Shown here piece by piece: positions 39,485-53,000 of a stretch of DNA of 64,000 bases. Below the pieces are notes generated by a model, which saw only the letters and a list, made by a program, of their open reading frames with translations, was not told where the DNA came from and did not search any database. The DNA is from Octopus bimaculoides (lineage: Eukaryota). The translations under genes were made by a program, and so were the position numbers. The first letter of the stretch is position 1, and each line of letters starts with the position of its first letter. The stretch spans positions 114,047,955-114,111,954 of the forward strand of contig NC_068981.1 in NCBI RefSeq assembly GCF_001194135.2, in the 5' to 3' direction.

Positions 39485-41229
39485 TTATGTGGATAGTGTG
39501 CAGGCGTGAATGTGAAGACGTGAGAGCATGGAGAAATAAAGGTGAAGAGCAAGAGCAAGATGAAAGGTGCTATGCGTGTGTGAGTAAGTACTTAAACAAA
39601 AGGTAGTAGCAGTTGGAAAGTGTTTATTGAGGCGTGCTGCTGTGAAACTAAAAGTGGATGGTTGTAACGTTCGAGATGCTAAAATTCGAAAAAGAAAAAA
39701 AAAAAAAGAAAGAAAAATAAAAGAAAAAAGATGATTGTGTAACTGAATTCCGAGATGACTAAAATAGTCCGAGAAATGTGTGCGGAAACATTTTTAACAA
39801 ATTTTCATAGAATCCTCTTGAAATTTGCCCACAAATCATACAGAAACATTCTCACTTATTTCTATTAGATGACATTGTATAAAGGCTATACAGCAGAATA
39901 CTGTAGTTCAGAAGATGGTAAAGAATGCCCGGCAACATGGCGCAATCCGATAAAAAAGTAACATCAGCTTGAAGGTGAAAAGCAAACATTGTTACACGCG
40001 TCCTCCGGGGAAGAAGGAAACTCGTTGACTGAAGTGGGAAAGTAGGAATATAAAAGTCTTCTTTGAAAGAAGAATCGGTACAAAGAAGAAGGAGTAGAAG
40101 AAGAATATGAACGTGAGTGAGCGTGCGCGTGTGTCATGGAATGAATAGTGGTCAAGCAGAAGTGACAGGTAGAGGAGGGGAAAAGAAATACACGATTTAA
40201 ATGTGCGAATCAAAACAACGAGTGTTGAAGTGTAGAAGTGTGCATATACTAAAGGGGCAGTAAGTGGTCTGTGTGAGTGTGTGAGAGAGGGAGAGAGAGA
40301 AAAAGAGGGAGAGTGTGCGAGAGAGAGATAGAGAGACAGACAGACAGACAAACAGACAGAGAATGTGAAGAACAGGTCATTGTGTGGATATATGTATGAC
40401 TGCGTGATAGTCAGTATGTGTATGCCACAGAGACAACATAGCGAATGGAGTGAGTATAAATGGAGCTATATGCGTGTATAATTACAGGCAGTGAGTGGAA
40501 TGTATGAAGGTGCCAGTGAGTGTGCTTGTGTGTATATGTGTGGAGGTGTGTGAAGTGCATGTGTGTATGGGTACGTGTGTTCGTATGCTAGTGTATGTAT
40601 ATGTACGTGTATCAAAGAGACAAGATGGAGGTGAAGAGAGCTGTGTGTATGCGTGCATAAGAGAAGGACGTAAATGTGTTGGAGAAGAGTAGCCGAAAAG
40701 ACGAGTGTATAAATATGCGTGTTTGTGGAACCCGAGTTAGTGTATGGTGTTGGGAGGGTAAGATGGATAATAGAAGGGAAAGTAGGTGGGACTGGATTCG
40801 GTGGGGTGCAGATGAGTCTGCGGGGAAAAGGGAAAAAGATGGGTAGCAGGAAGGTAAGTTTTGGAGCAGATGCTGGGGAATGCAGGTTAGAAAATTGAGA
40901 AGGTGAATTTAAACTAAAAGGTGTGTAAATTTTGAGGAATTACGTAAGCTCCTATCCCCACTTCAAACAATTGATAAAAAATCCGGTTTGGGAGGACAAG
41001 TCGAAGACCGAGATATTTTGGGGTGAGTATTTGGCGGAATGGACACGCCGAAGGACTTCTATGCATGCATAAATGTATAACAAGATCGTGATTACTCAAC
41101 GACTGTTTTCCAGTATTTCACCCAAATCCTGAATCATTTCGCGATAATGGATGAAAAGAAAATCCAGTTTGATATATGCAGAGATAGGGAAATACTGATA
41201 GTTATAAGTTTTCCCCTTCTCTCTGCTGC

Positions 41230-41443
41230 ACACAAAATCTCTCTATCGCTATCTCTCTGTCTCTCTCTTTCTCTTTCTCTCTCCTTCTCTCTCTCCCTCT
41301 CTCTCTCTCCCTCTCTCTCCCTCTCTCCTCGCTTGTCTGTCTGTCTGTTTCTGTCTGTCTGTCTGTTTCTATCTCTCTGTCTGTTTCTGTCTCTCTGTCT
41401 GTCTGTTTCTGTCTATCTGTCTGTCTGTCTGTTTCTGTCTGTC

Positions 41444-41498
<55 letters not shown>
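41230..41498. repeat. (CT)n/(CTGT)n microsatellite
   Basis: Read directly from the sequence. Confidence 0.97.
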
Positions 41499-42369
41499 NN
41501 NNNNNNNNNNNNNNNNNNNNNNNNNNNNNNNNNNNNNNNNNNNNNNNNNNNNNNNNNNNNNNNNNNNNNNNNNNNNNNNNNNNNNNNNNNNNNNNNNNNN
41601 NNNNNNNNNNNNNNNGCAGATGCTTTTCTGCTCCTCTTTGTTAGACCACTCTACGAACGGTACGTAGTGGACACTGAAATTATTACAATTCCTCATTTCA
41701 TATAACTATTTCCGAAAATTTACTATATAATGTTATTAGACCTGTTGAACCTCCTATGTTACTGCTATTAACACTATCAATTAAAAATATTCACCGCAGA
41801 TGATATTAACAATAGTAACATCTTACTTCGTTTTCAAATATTTTGAAAGTTAGAAGATAATATATATTCCTCGATTGGTTTCGCTTAAAAACCTGTTTAT
41901 ATTTATAAAATATTCACTTGTGAATTAGACTATTCAATTTTATGTCTAATACGCGCACGCGCAATGTACATATATGCATACATGCGTGCGCGCGCACACA
42001 CACACAAGCACAAGCACATATGCACACACACACACACACGCACACACACACACACACACATACACACACACACACACACTCACGCTCACACACTCACACA
42101 GCTATTACAGCTGTTGTGGAAAAGAACTTTCAGAGATTTAAAATTGGCTCATTCTCTTTTCTTTAACCCTCCATAACTTGTTAATGGAGATCCTTAATTC
42201 AGCACCCAAGCAAGCTCAGGGCTTCGATTATTACACATGCACACGCGCGCATGTTGTGTATATGTTTGTGCGCAGGAGCGCGTGTATGTATTAGTGTGTA
42301 TACATATATGTATATATCTAAAAGAGACGGATATATAAAATGTTGCATATTCTTTTCTATTCTAAGCAC

Positions 42370-42485
42370 AAGGCCCGAAATTTTTGGGGAGGGGGACAGT
42401 CGATTAGATCGACCCCAGTACGCAACTGGCATTTAATTTATCGACCCCGAAGGATGAAAAAGCAAAGTCAACCTCGGTGGAAAAT
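42370..42485 (-). mobile_element. Deu/Nin-domain SINE fragment
   Basis: Reverse complement reads ...tttcatccttcggggtcgataaattaaatgccagt, matching the Deu-domain motif as I recall it. Confidence 0.65.
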
Positions 42486-42984
42486 ATGTTGAATATTTTC
42501 ATACAAATGGTTGTCTGACTGTTTAATATGTTGAAAACAAATACTGATAATTACACTGAAAAAGTAGAGAGATATTGAGATGACTGCTTCAAGCCAAACA
42601 ATGTTAGCGATAATAGATGTTAGTAAGAGATTAAGTGAACATTTAAGCGAACGGTACAGAGGTCTAGAGATAGGAATATCGTACAAAGTCCTCTTCACGA
42701 AAAGAAAGAATATACATGCTAAACATCAAGGTCAACAAACTAACGCTCAAGCAAAGGGAAACAACATTGTCTATTTGGTTGCCTGCGAAATGACATCCTA
42801 TGGAGAAAAATATCGAAATGAAACAGTTTATAAACCACACATCTCTTATCACCTCTCTCCCCTCCTTCTTCCTACTATCTTCTCGCCGTCTACTCCCCTC
42901 CTTTATTCCTCCTTCAGACACGAACTTAAATGCGCGCGCGCACTTACACACACACACACACACACAGACACACACACACACACA

Positions 42985-43028
<44 letters not shown>

Positions 43029-43996
43029 ATAGACAAGTTTTAGCAAAATATAAATTAAAATTAATGCTCAGAGATAATTTGCAAGTAAAATAACCTTGTG
43101 GAAATATCAGGTAGAAATACCATGGAAATATGAATTGAACTGAAATCCATTGCCGTTGAATTGAACAACATTTAATATATTTCGAATAATACTTAAATAT
43201 ATATATATACTTATACATACAGCGATACATGCACACTTAAACACGTACACACACACATGTATGTTTATATGTAATCATGTGATACTCACACATCGATACT
43301 TCAGTAAAAACATATATAAGAACATGTAAGTAATTACAATTTTATTGATATTTCCTGCTTCATCGTTAATAGTTATAAACATTATTACAAATAATTTGCT
43401 TTCAATTTCTAGTATATCATGTGTGCGCGATATGTGTGTGTGTGTGTCTGTGTGTGTGTGTGTGTGAGTGTATGTGCGCGTGTGTGTCGTATGTGTGTAT
43501 GTGTGTGTGTGTGTGTGCATGCGTGTATGTGTGTTCGTGCACACGTAATGTATTTGTGTGTGAGGAATAGACAGCATCAATGACTAAATTCTGTTACACC
43601 TTCGAGGTTGTAGGGAGAAAAAATGAATATATGTCACAAATGCTTGTAACAGGGTGAACTCGGCAAAAGTCACCCAAGAGCCAAGTATAGTATTAAAACT
43701 GGCGACGAACACAACGAAAGTAGTCAAATATCGCAAAGAATTTCAACCGATTCTCTAACAATGGTAGATTTACCATTATATATTAACAACCCGATAGTTA
43801 GAAAGACAAAGTGGACCACGGCGGTATTTGATCTCACACACATAAGCACACAAATGCACTTGTGTGTATGTATTTGTGTTGTGTGTGCTGTGAGTGTATG
43901 CTGATATCTCTGTGTGTGTAAAAGCTAGTGTATATAATGTTATATAACATATATACTCTGTGTATGTTTGTATGCATAATAATGTACTCGTATAAA

Positions 43997-44072
43997 TGTG
44001 GTAAGAAGCTTGATTCCCAACCACATGGTTCCCGTTTCAGTCCCACTGAAACAAGTAAAAGAATAAAAGAAT
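43997..44072 (+). mobile_element. Internally deleted OR-type mini-SINE
   Basis: The head (...cagtccc-actg) joins directly to the tail (actg-aaacaagtaaaagaat). Confidence 0.75.
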
Positions 44073-45259
44073 ACATACATACACACACACACATCACATA
44101 CACACATATATGTACGTATGTATATATACACGTATATATGCATATATATTCACATACCATTAGTGTGTGTTTATGTGTGTGTGTGCGTGTGTACACATAC
44201 ATATTACATAATGCACTGTACAGTGTTTGAAGCTTTACTTGACGCACATTTAGTCGTGAATTTTTGCTGGTTGCATAACCTTGTTGAGATTCGGGTCCCT
44301 CTGCATCAGATGAATTGAGTCTTTCGTTTATCTTATTTTCCGTCGAAGCATTTCATTTAAATACAGAAAAACAATCCCATACAAGCTCATGATTTCTCTT
44401 TTACGCCTTATTTCAGATGTTCTCAACTCTACTGTATATCATTTTATACGATAACGTTGTGATCAATAGATGTCATGTTTCTCTTTTAGAAGGCTTTTAT
44501 GTTTATTTTTCTCCATTGCATTAGTTATGTCAATCTTATGAATCAGCAATAGAGCAAATTGAATTAGGCCAGACATTTAACTAAGTATTCAGTATGAATT
44601 GGGATCATGCAGCATTGATTTTTCATACAGAGCTGACTACCATTTAATAGTTACATTGGGTGTCAGATAAAGAATTAAAGTTATTCGGAGAGTAGGCGTG
44701 TTAATTCATATTTTATATACTTAAATAGGAAACAATTAGTACATCAGAAAATCATCTTTAGTTTTTTCTTTGAATTCTGCCTTACTTTACATAATGAGAA
44801 AAATAATGAGGTATTTTGTGTAACAAATGTTGACTCAAATAGACATAGACACAACACGTACATAACATCTTCCACAGTTTGGGTGTGGCTAAGGTCTTGA
44901 GATCCCTTCTAGCCTATCAAGTTGCCTGCAATTAAGATGTACGAGTATCAAGATAAAAATAAAATCTCATACACAATTGTAGAAGTCAGCTATCCAGTGA
45001 TAATGAATGTTACATTACATCTACACTGAAGAAGAGGTAAACATCTAGGAAACTAACGAAAATCTAACCTAACACCCAGGCGAGAGATTTTCATTTGCTC
45101 CTAGAGACTATAATAGGCAGGTTCAGCTGGTAGGTTGGTCTGGGACCCTGAGAGGAAAGCTAATGCCAGTGAATATTTGGCAGGGTTCGAAACCAGTCTT
45201 ATTTCACCTCGCGTATCTGTGTGTGTGTGTGTGTAAAATAGCTTTAGACTCGTAATAGG

Positions 45260-45760
45260 AATCCACACATTGAACTCGTAACATATGAATTCTGTATTTC
45301 ACACAAGTTCACAATTTGACCTTCTATGGAATATTCTTGTCATATTTGGTCTGATGCACCATCTTGTCATTTGGATCTCCTCGCCCAGGTTCAGGAGTAA
45401 GTCTCTAATTTGATTGGTCTTTCACTTGCTCCAACTCTGCAACCTTTGTCACATAGACTTGACGTTGCCAGTCTTAGTCTTTTCTTACATTATTACCACA
45501 GGAAATGTTCTGAAGAAACTTCGCCTCGCAGATCCAAATTGTACTATCTAGCCTGACTTGATATTCACATCTTCTTCATCCAAATGTTGTTGTACTTCTA
45601 CAAATAAAGAAGTCTTTCTACTTTCGTAGCTTTTCTCCTCGAACTGCCAGACTCTGGAACTGTCTTCCATCTCATTCTTTCCCCACTTCTTATGACCTGA
45701 AGTTTAAAGCAAATTCACTCCTTTCAACTTAATTTCTCCTTCTTATTCCCATACACTAAG
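45260..45760 (+). mobile_element. CR1/Jockey-group LINE, RT C-terminus
   Basis: PSMEYSCHIWSDAPSCHLDLLAQVQ; LQPLSHRLDVASLSL...KCSEE; LWN. Confidence 0.8.
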
Positions 45761-46224
45761 TGGCTTCTCACCTTGTTTGGGACGATCTAAACAACCATGT
45801 AAACAAAAAGTAGACAACCTAATCTTTTTCCCAATAATGAAAACCTAAATACTATCCCTAAACACCACATAAATCTCCATTTTTGTAATTCTTAATCCCA
45901 CGCAGAAAAATACCTCTGCTCTGGACGCTGTAGTTCCTACAATGAATTCTTACCCTACACTGTATATACATAGATATACTTCAAACATATGTATAGATAT
46001 ACATACACAGACACGTATAAAGGCACATATATAGAGGGATTGCTCGCTGTTCGTAGAAGATCTTCCGAAGGTGAACGCCTGGATTATAACAACTAAACTG
46101 AACAGCTATACATACATGCAAGCATGCATGCATGCATCCATGCATCCATGCATCCATCCATCCATCCATCCATACATACATACATACATACATACATACA
46201 TACATACATACATACATACAGAAC

Positions 46225-46470
46225 ACTCTGCATTCAATAAAACAGTGTTTGCAGTGTCAGTACCCATACCAACATTTGGGGTGCTTGATTGAACGCTTGA
46301 TAAAATCCGAGTCATTGATGTGAAAACCCGAAAAATACTAACACGCACATATCATTTCCACATAAACAGTGTTGTAGACCGCTTCTACCTAAGACGAAAA
46401 CAAAGCAGTAGAGGCTTAACATCGATCCAAAATGACTTTGAATGTCCTCTAATATCCCTTCGGTAATATC
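46225..46470 (+). mobile_element. R4/Dong thumb fragment (same family as 11808-12057)
   Basis: FAVSVPIPTFG...IRVIDVKTRKILT...HINSVVDRFYLRRKQSSRGLTSIQ. Confidence 0.85.
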
Positions 46471-46728
46471 TTTGTTTACGGCATCAAACATAGATGAAAG
46501 TCAGGAGACAGGAAAATAATGTGTTGTGCGAGTAATAGTCAGGCCAAATGTGTGTGTATGTGTGTGTATGTGTGTGTGTCTGTGTATGGTGTAGTTATAC
46601 TCTGTTAAGAATGTAGTAGAATACAGTATAAAACTCGTCCACCTTCAGATTTCAGCTGGTGTTATGCAGTAGTAGTATTATACGTAATGCCAAACTTGAG
46701 TTTGGGCTTCTGTTGTGTGTGAATAGAT

Positions 46729-47073
46729 AATTGGATAAGTTGGAGTCAACAAGAAGAAAATTTGAACATTTATTTGCAATCACTACAATTGTTTCCACCC
46801 AACGTAGTTTTCTAGTCTTACAGGTACTTGAATACTACTACCGCGTGGGCCACGACAAACAGATAGGATGCACTTGAAGCCGAGAATTTTCGTTTTCGGA
46901 GACAATATTTATATATCGCCTGAGGAAATTCAGCTAGATCTCATGATGCAGGGAAACGGTTACATAACGAAATATCTGCAAGCCCGGAGAACTATATTAG
47001 GTGGAAATAGTTGTAGTGATTGCAAATAAATGTCCAACCGTACTTTTTCTTGCTCGCTCCAACTTATTCAATT
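46729..47073. repeat. Element with about 85-bp inverted arms
   Basis: 46729-46813 is the reverse complement of 46988-47073 (shared core acatttatttgcaatcactacaa). Confidence 0.85.
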
Positions 47074-48443
47074 ATATNNNNNNNNNNNNNNNNNNNNNNN
47101 NNNNNNNNNNNNNNNNNNNNNNNNNNNNNNNNNNNNNNNNNNNNNNNNNNNNNNNNNNNNNNNNNNNNNNNNNNNNNNNNNNNNNNNNNNNNNNNNNNNN
47201 NNNNNNNNNNNNNNNNNNNNNNNNNNNNNNNNNNNNNNNNNNNNNNNNNNNNNNNNNNNNNNNNNNNNNNNNNNNNNNNNNNNNNNNNNNNNNNNNNNNN
47301 CAGATGTTGACTTGACAAGAAGGAAGTAGATTGGTGAAAAAGGACATCAGTTATCTGAGGAAAGTTTGTGTGTGTAAGTGAGGATAATGTATGCAAATGT
47401 ATATGTGTGAATGGGCCAGCGCATGTGTATGGATGAGTGGATAAGTATGGACATATGAAGATTATGTGAGTGTGTGTGTGTACGTATAGGAGCGTGCGTG
47501 TACATGTGTGTATGGATGTGAATAGACAAGTAAGTGCGCTGTGTGGAGCGATGTGTGAGTGCGTGCTCCGTGTATTTATGTGTGCATATGTGTGGATGTG
47601 TGTGTGTTGAGAGTGTTTGGGGCTGTGTAACATGTATGCTAGGTTATCAGATATGTGTGGGGGGGGGGGGNNNNNNNNNNNNGTTTGGGGCTGTGTAACA
47701 TGTATGCTAGGTTATCAGATATGTGTGGGGGGGGGGAGCGCAGTGTGTAGCAGCTAAGTTGTGCCTGTATGCTTTGTGCGAGTAGCGTCTCAGCATGCAT
47801 GTGTGTTCTTACGTGCATGTGTGTGTTCTTGCATAAAGTGTGCGCATGATATTATTCTGTGTATGTATATTGTGTGTTTTCATGCGTATGCATGTATGTA
47901 AGCGAATATGCATGTTTCTCTTTTCAGTTGGTGTGTGCATATGGTGCTGTTTGATAAAGTTTGTGAGTGGAGAATGGAATTCATGTGTGTAATATTCTGG
48001 TCATGTGCATAAGAATGTGTGTGTGCAAGCACGCGTGTGTGTGTAAGAGAGTGTCTGTGAGGCTATCTAACGTATGTGTGCATTGGTGGGGAGATATGTG
48101 TGGGTTGATCTCGAAGCTGCGTTCGGTAGCCACTGCAATTTTGCCGTTGCTCGCTGTTCGCCGTCGACACCTTCTCGTGGCGACGATACGGTCAGTCGTT
48201 TGCATTGGCCGCGGTGCAAATATTAGATCGAGACCGACGTTTACGGACACCTTACAACCCACGCGCTCCGCTCATATGTCAAGGTGTTCGGCGGATACAT
48301 GGCATCGGATGCAGGCGTGGATGTGTCGTAATAGTTTGCTTCCCAACCGCATGTATTTTGCTATAACGTGAGGCCGACTAAAGTCTCGTGAGTGAATTTG
48401 GTACACTGAGACGGAAGAGGTCCTGTCGTATATATACATACAT

Positions 48444-48514
<71 letters not shown>

Positions 48515-49009
48515 CGTTTGTCTATTTGCTTTTGCACGGTTCTTGATGTGAAATCATGTGTTGAAATCGATATTGTTATTCATATATTTAGTGATGGTCA
48601 CCTTTTACCAATAAACACACGCCATACTATTTATTTGATCTTCACTCTAGCTTCGTTGTTATTATTGCCTGTTTACATGTCAAAGTTATTCCTCACATTC
48701 TGTGACCTCTTCAACAACTTTCTATCTTCTTTCTTCTCTTTGGCTTTGTCCTGTCTATTCCATTTTGTATTTCTGAGCTACGTATCTCTCACTCTGCACA
48801 TAGGTTTACGTCTGTATTTGTGCATGTGTATATGTGTTTTTTTTATGTCTATACGTGTCTTTTGTGCATGTATATGGGTTTGTATATTACACTGCTTGTA
48901 CCAGTATCTTTATTTATTTATTCATTTATTTTTATTTTCAATTATTATTCTATTTTTAGCCGTCGAGTTGCGTAGTGTGGTGGAATGTGCGTGTTATTTA
49001 TCCATTCAC

Positions 49010-49480
49010 TTTTCCTGTTGAGACTCGGTCTATTTTCTAGTATGTGTGTAGTGTTTTAAAGCTGTGTGAGTGTCGTGTCTTTTCTATTTGTCGATAGAAT
49101 CCTAACATCTTTGTTATCTACCAAGCCTCCTTGTCCTAATTTAGTATGTTGGTATAGCACTGACCAGCTTTTCTCCTTGTGTTCCTGCCAGTGTCACTCA
49201 TCTTCTCACCTACATTACGCACTGTCTCTACAATGTAAGTCATTGTCCTGTTTCTGCACTATCCCTTTGTACACATTATACTATAAACTACCTTCCCTAG
49301 TTTTAAGTTTATCTGTGGGCTTACTGAACACACTATACAGTTCCTATCTGTACATGAGGTACATTCAAATGGGCATGTTCTACAGATCAAGGATTTTATG
49401 AGAGTTCCGAGGCTTTCAACTACTTCAATCCGTACTAAAATTTTCTTTGTTAACTACACAGCTAAAACAAAATCTCAGGG
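49010..49480 (-). mobile_element. PLE GIY-YIG relic with a Cys-rich linker
   Basis: CTDRNCIVC...VVYSIMCTKG.C..MTYIVET; collinear with the 63120-63495 protein. Confidence 0.7.
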
Positions 49481-50029
49481 TATGTCAGTTATATATATCT
49501 CTGTACCTATGCGTCTGAGAGAAATGATTGTTGAATAAACTAAGAAAGATCCTATGTACACAAGATTTTTATGCTCAGAGAGAAGTGAGTGTGACTCACA
49601 CTTTGCGATTACATTTTTTTCTTGATGGGGTTATGAATAAGTGTGTAACTAATCTCATCCTTAAATCCGCAAGCGGCCAGAGTTTAGCGTCGGAAATCTC
49701 TCAAGACTGATTGTAGATTTTTGACTGGGTCACAAATAGCTGTATTGTCATGCTTGCTTTTTGTTCATTGTACGTCCGTCTCACAAAATTTAGATACAGT
49801 TTCTGTACAGTAGTTTTGGTTTCGAAAACTTTTTTTCCTAGAATTGAGATTAGTTACTACAGAAATTTTACTAGTATCGAAAGTCAGTTTTCAAAAGTCG
49901 CATATTGAGGATGCTACACTGATCTGTTATTTCTTTTAGGAAGAAGAAACATATTACACAGGTTCATAAGTACATAGCATGTAATTATTTTGCATAATTC
50001 TTATGTCTTGCAAACAACTCGGACATGCA

Positions 50030-53000
50030 AGTGCTACCAGTCAAGAACTCCGCATACCGGAAGCCAGCAAGTGTATGGGGTCATCAGGAGAGAATGCGCG
50101 CCGTTTCGGGGCCTACCTCTCGACGGCATCAATGCGCACCGGCCCCCCTCACTGATATGAGGCCCCGCTTGCTAGATCAACTGATTAATAAAACAAAGCT
50201 CAATATTTCTCTAGCCATCGCTCATCGTCTCTTTTTAACCAAATCCAGTGGCTAGCCTTCTCCACTGTATTTTGGATATCGGTCATGGTGGTATTTACCT
50301 TACGATGAGTTAGGCCTAACGATAACAGCAGTCGTCTCACACTGTGTCCTACAAATCCNNNNNNNNNNNNNNNNNNNNNNNNNNNNNNNNNNNNNNNNNN
50401 NNNNNNNNNNNNNNNNNNNNNNNNNNNNNNNNNNNNNNNNNNNNNNNNNNNNNNNNNNNNNNNNNNNNNNNNNNNNNNNNNNNNNNCTTTTCATTTCTCA
50501 CAGGAAGTTTCTTGTTCTTTTTCTTGAAACGGATCCGCTGACCTGAGCGCACGAAGGTAATAAAATCTTTAGATGGTTCTTTCAACAGTTTTTTCTCAGT
50601 GTTGTTGAGATGAATTTGGTTCTTCATAGCATTGAAGATAACCTTCAGGACCAAGTTGTGTCTCCATGTATATCTATTCAATGCTAAGGAACAGTTGGAA
50701 AGAATATGTTTCAGTGTTCCGACCTTTCCGCATTTGCATATGTCATTCTCTGAGACATTCCATCTTACGAGATTCCTAGGTGACGGCAAAACATCATAGG
50801 ATGAACGAATAAGAAAACTTAGCCGAGATGTCGTCCACTTCCATATTTCATCCTAACGTATTTTCCTCTCAACAACGTGTTTCTTCCCATCTCTTTATCT
50901 GTCCTTGTTGACTACATCGGATCAAATGAAGCTCTCTTCTCTCTGCTTCTCTTGTTTTGACGCTGCTGCTAACAACAGATCTGCGTTCGCTCCGCGTCAT
51001 ATCTGCAAACGGTCTGAACTGATTTGCGCCAAAACCAAGTCCTCTCCGATGGTTCCGTGTTGCACCCACCATATCTCTGTGTATAAGAGAAGACAAGCTG
51101 TCATCAGTCTCTGCTTCTGCTTTCCACTTCCTGGCTGTTTGCACCTCTGGTGGGTTCTGCCTGATTTCCGTATCCTTCCATTCTCTCAGCATCATCACCG
51201 TCCGTATCTTCCCCAGTTTGTATATTTCGACTATTGATGCTAGTGGTAACTGCAACGAACCTCTTTTACGATAAAGCGCTGAACTGTTCAACATTCGAGG
51301 TAGGCCTAACCACTTTCTAATGAACACATTACATTTTTGTTCAATGATTTGAACTCGTGACAAGGCTACCTCGTATATTAAGAGTAGCCACGAAAGTCGC
51401 GGGAACAAACCGAACTGCAAGCACCAAATTTTATAGTTACCTGGTAACTTCGAGTTATCAATCGCTGATAATCCTGCCTCGGCTTGTTTCTTGATTTCCA
51501 TTCCGCGACTTTTATCTGACAATGTTCCAGCGTATACACGCCCCAAGCTCTTGACGGGTTCTTCTTTGACTGTTGGAATGCTTTCTTCAGCTATTCGAAA
51601 CTTGAATTCTTTCTGCACTCCCTTAACAAATGTCAGAATACGCGACTTTTTTGCTCTAAACCGCATCCTAGACCCCCTCACAAGTTCGTCTAGTCTCAAG
51701 AGGGCATTCTGCATGACTTGTTTATCTGTAGCTAAAAGTGTCACGTCATCCATGAAGGCTTTCTTAGGCGATTGTACATGGGTGATTTGTACCGAAAAAT
51801 CCACCGCTTTCAAGATCAACTCCATGACTAAGATAAACCACGTGACAGATATTGTACAGCCAGCAGCAACGCCAATCTCCAATCGGTGCCAATCTGTTGT
51901 AAAATTTCCTGCTGTAAACCTCATTTCGAAACTGTCATAGTACATCCTCATTACTTTGATCACTTTGTCTGGAATGTGGAAGTGGTCCATGGCTCTTATC
52001 AGTAACTCGTGTGGCACTGAGCCATATGCATTAGCTAGGTCAAGCCACACCACGTTCAAACTTCTCTTTTTCTGCTTTGCATCCTGGATCGCTTTCCAAA
52101 TCGAAAAACAATGTTCAACGCATCCAGGGATCCCGGGGATTCCAGCCTTTTGAACAGACTCATCAACAAACCCGTTATTTTGTAAATATGTCACTGTTCT
52201 CCTGGAAAGAATTCCCATAAAGATCTTGCCTTCCACATTCAATAAGGGTATCGGCCTAAACTGTTTTAAAGTCTTTGCATTGACCTCTTTCGGCAGGTAT
52301 ATACCTTCTGCCTTACACCAGTCTTCTACTAGAGTCTCTTCGCGCTACAGTTGTCGGAGTAGGACAAAGAGCTTCTTTCGCAGACGATTGCAATATTTAT
52401 AGACTTTATATGAGACGCCATCACTTCCTGGGACACTCTTTGCTCTCGCTTTTCTTACGAAATCATTCACCTCTCTCTCCGTGATGTCCCCAATTTGGAA
52501 TTCGATACCAGGTTCTGAGAGATGATTTAGCCCATGTAAAGGTGGCAGTGGCTGGTTACGGTGCGGATCGCTGTAGGTTTCTTTGACATGAGCGTCCAGT
52601 TGTTCTTTCGTGCACGATAAAGAACCGCTCTTCGGTTCAGTGAACAGCTTCTTAGTAAACCCGTACGGGTCCTTCAAAAACTGTCCCCGAGTCCTTTTAC
52701 TCTCCTTTCGACGCTCATATCGGCGGATATGTCGTTGCACATAACGACATTTCCTTTTCAAATCATCATACAGCAGCGCGAGGCCAGGTTTGTCCTCTTC
52801 TGCAGCACATTTTCACCGCTTTCTTAGGCTGGTCTTTTCCTTCCTCAACTGTTTCATTTTCCTGATCCTCCTGTTTGGTCTACACTTTCCTTTCTCTAAT
52901 CGGATATTCTCTTTCACTCCAAACAATTCCTTCCCTGTATCGTAAATTGAGCATGTTAATTTCCCCAGTTTCTCCACTGTAGAGCCTGTCATTTTATAAA

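Noticed and set aside
40914-41099. KYLG-containing minus-strand ORF, or a plus-strand exon ending at GTGAGT
   Set aside because: Only a single short motif, and the acceptor lacks a pyrimidine tract.
45026-45056. CUGAAGA...GAAAC hammerhead-like motif
   Set aside because: Stem II (GAGG/UCUA) is broken, and stems I and III are not supported.
47614-47735. Direct repeat of about 55 bp
   Set aside because: The two copies flank an 11-N gap and end in poly-G, typical of an unmerged contig overlap.
48685-48718. Minus-strand UUGAAGA..UCACA/UGUGA..GAA motif downstream of a PLE relic
   Set aside because: The position is plausible, but the core is unpaired at U3/G8 and GAAA is incomplete.
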